Shown one piece after another: positions 58,596 to 59,030 of a DNA stretch of 59,030 nt. The stretch spans positions 43,178,204-43,237,233 of the forward strand of contig NC_068987.1 of the NCBI RefSeq assembly GCF_001194135.2. The letters run 5' to 3'. A model generated the notes under the pieces. That model saw nothing but the letters and a program-made list of their open reading frames with translations, was not told the DNA's origin and made no database searches. Both the position numbers and the translations under genes were made by a program. The stretch's first letter is position 1; each line of letters begins with the position of its first letter. This DNA is from Octopus bimaculoides. Its lineage: Eukaryota.

Positions 58596-59030
58596 TTCAG
58601 CTTCACATTGCACTTGAATTGTATTATTGCTTGTTTCTTCTCTTTCATTATCTTATCTCTCACTTAGGATTTCATGCTTTGTTACATGGTATCCTGACTA
58701 ATACATGTATAACAGCATGTTCGTATTTATATATATGTATTTATTAGTTGTGTGTGATGTGAAGTGGGAAGAACATTAATAACTCATAGTGTGGTTGTTG
58801 ATAGAAAAATGGTAGACCTAGAGGTCAAAGTGAACTAGGAGAACAAGAGATGTTTATTGTTACCTTTAATTGACTTCCTTCTATGTAAAAACAAAAAAAA
58901 ATGTAAAACAACTAACCCTGTAATAAAATGAAACAAAAAAAATCAACTTCATGTAGCAGAAAATCCCCACCCTCAAATTCAATAAACTAATCCCTCCAGT
59001 ATAAGAACTACAAACACTAAATTAATAGTA

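Overview
AT-rich, repeat-dense animal genomic DNA with four N gaps. The SINE/LINE families resemble those I recall from octopus, so a cephalopod source is inferred, not proven. Two spliced host genes lie tail-to-tail. The + strand carries the last three exons of a TRAF-family gene (TRAF zinc finger, coiled coil, MATH domain; 5178-8019). The - strand carries a complete 8-exon BRAT1 orthologue (ATG 51831, stop 16528; 2418 nt, 805 aa, ending DCY). A possible first exon of a third, head-to-head gene lies at 52431-52472. The rest is mostly decayed mobile DNA: four IS630-Tc1-mariner lineages (DD36E-like, DD34D mariner, DD41D, DD37D), a hAT/Buster element with a nested TTAA MITE, a piggyBac relic, about nine RTE-type LINE copies, a CR1/L2 tail, a gypsy LTR element and many SINEs. 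Most notable observations: (1) a ~2.7 kb foldback palindrome in BRAT1 intron 5; (2) the BRAT1 exon 4/5 junction has no clean in-frame acceptor; (3) a PHD finger sits inside the LINE reverse transcriptase; (4) an orphan ORF replaces the 3' half of the gypsy element; (5) a candidate bidirectional promoter. No prokaryotic-type system (CRISPR, operon) is supported. All alignments and identities were read by eye.
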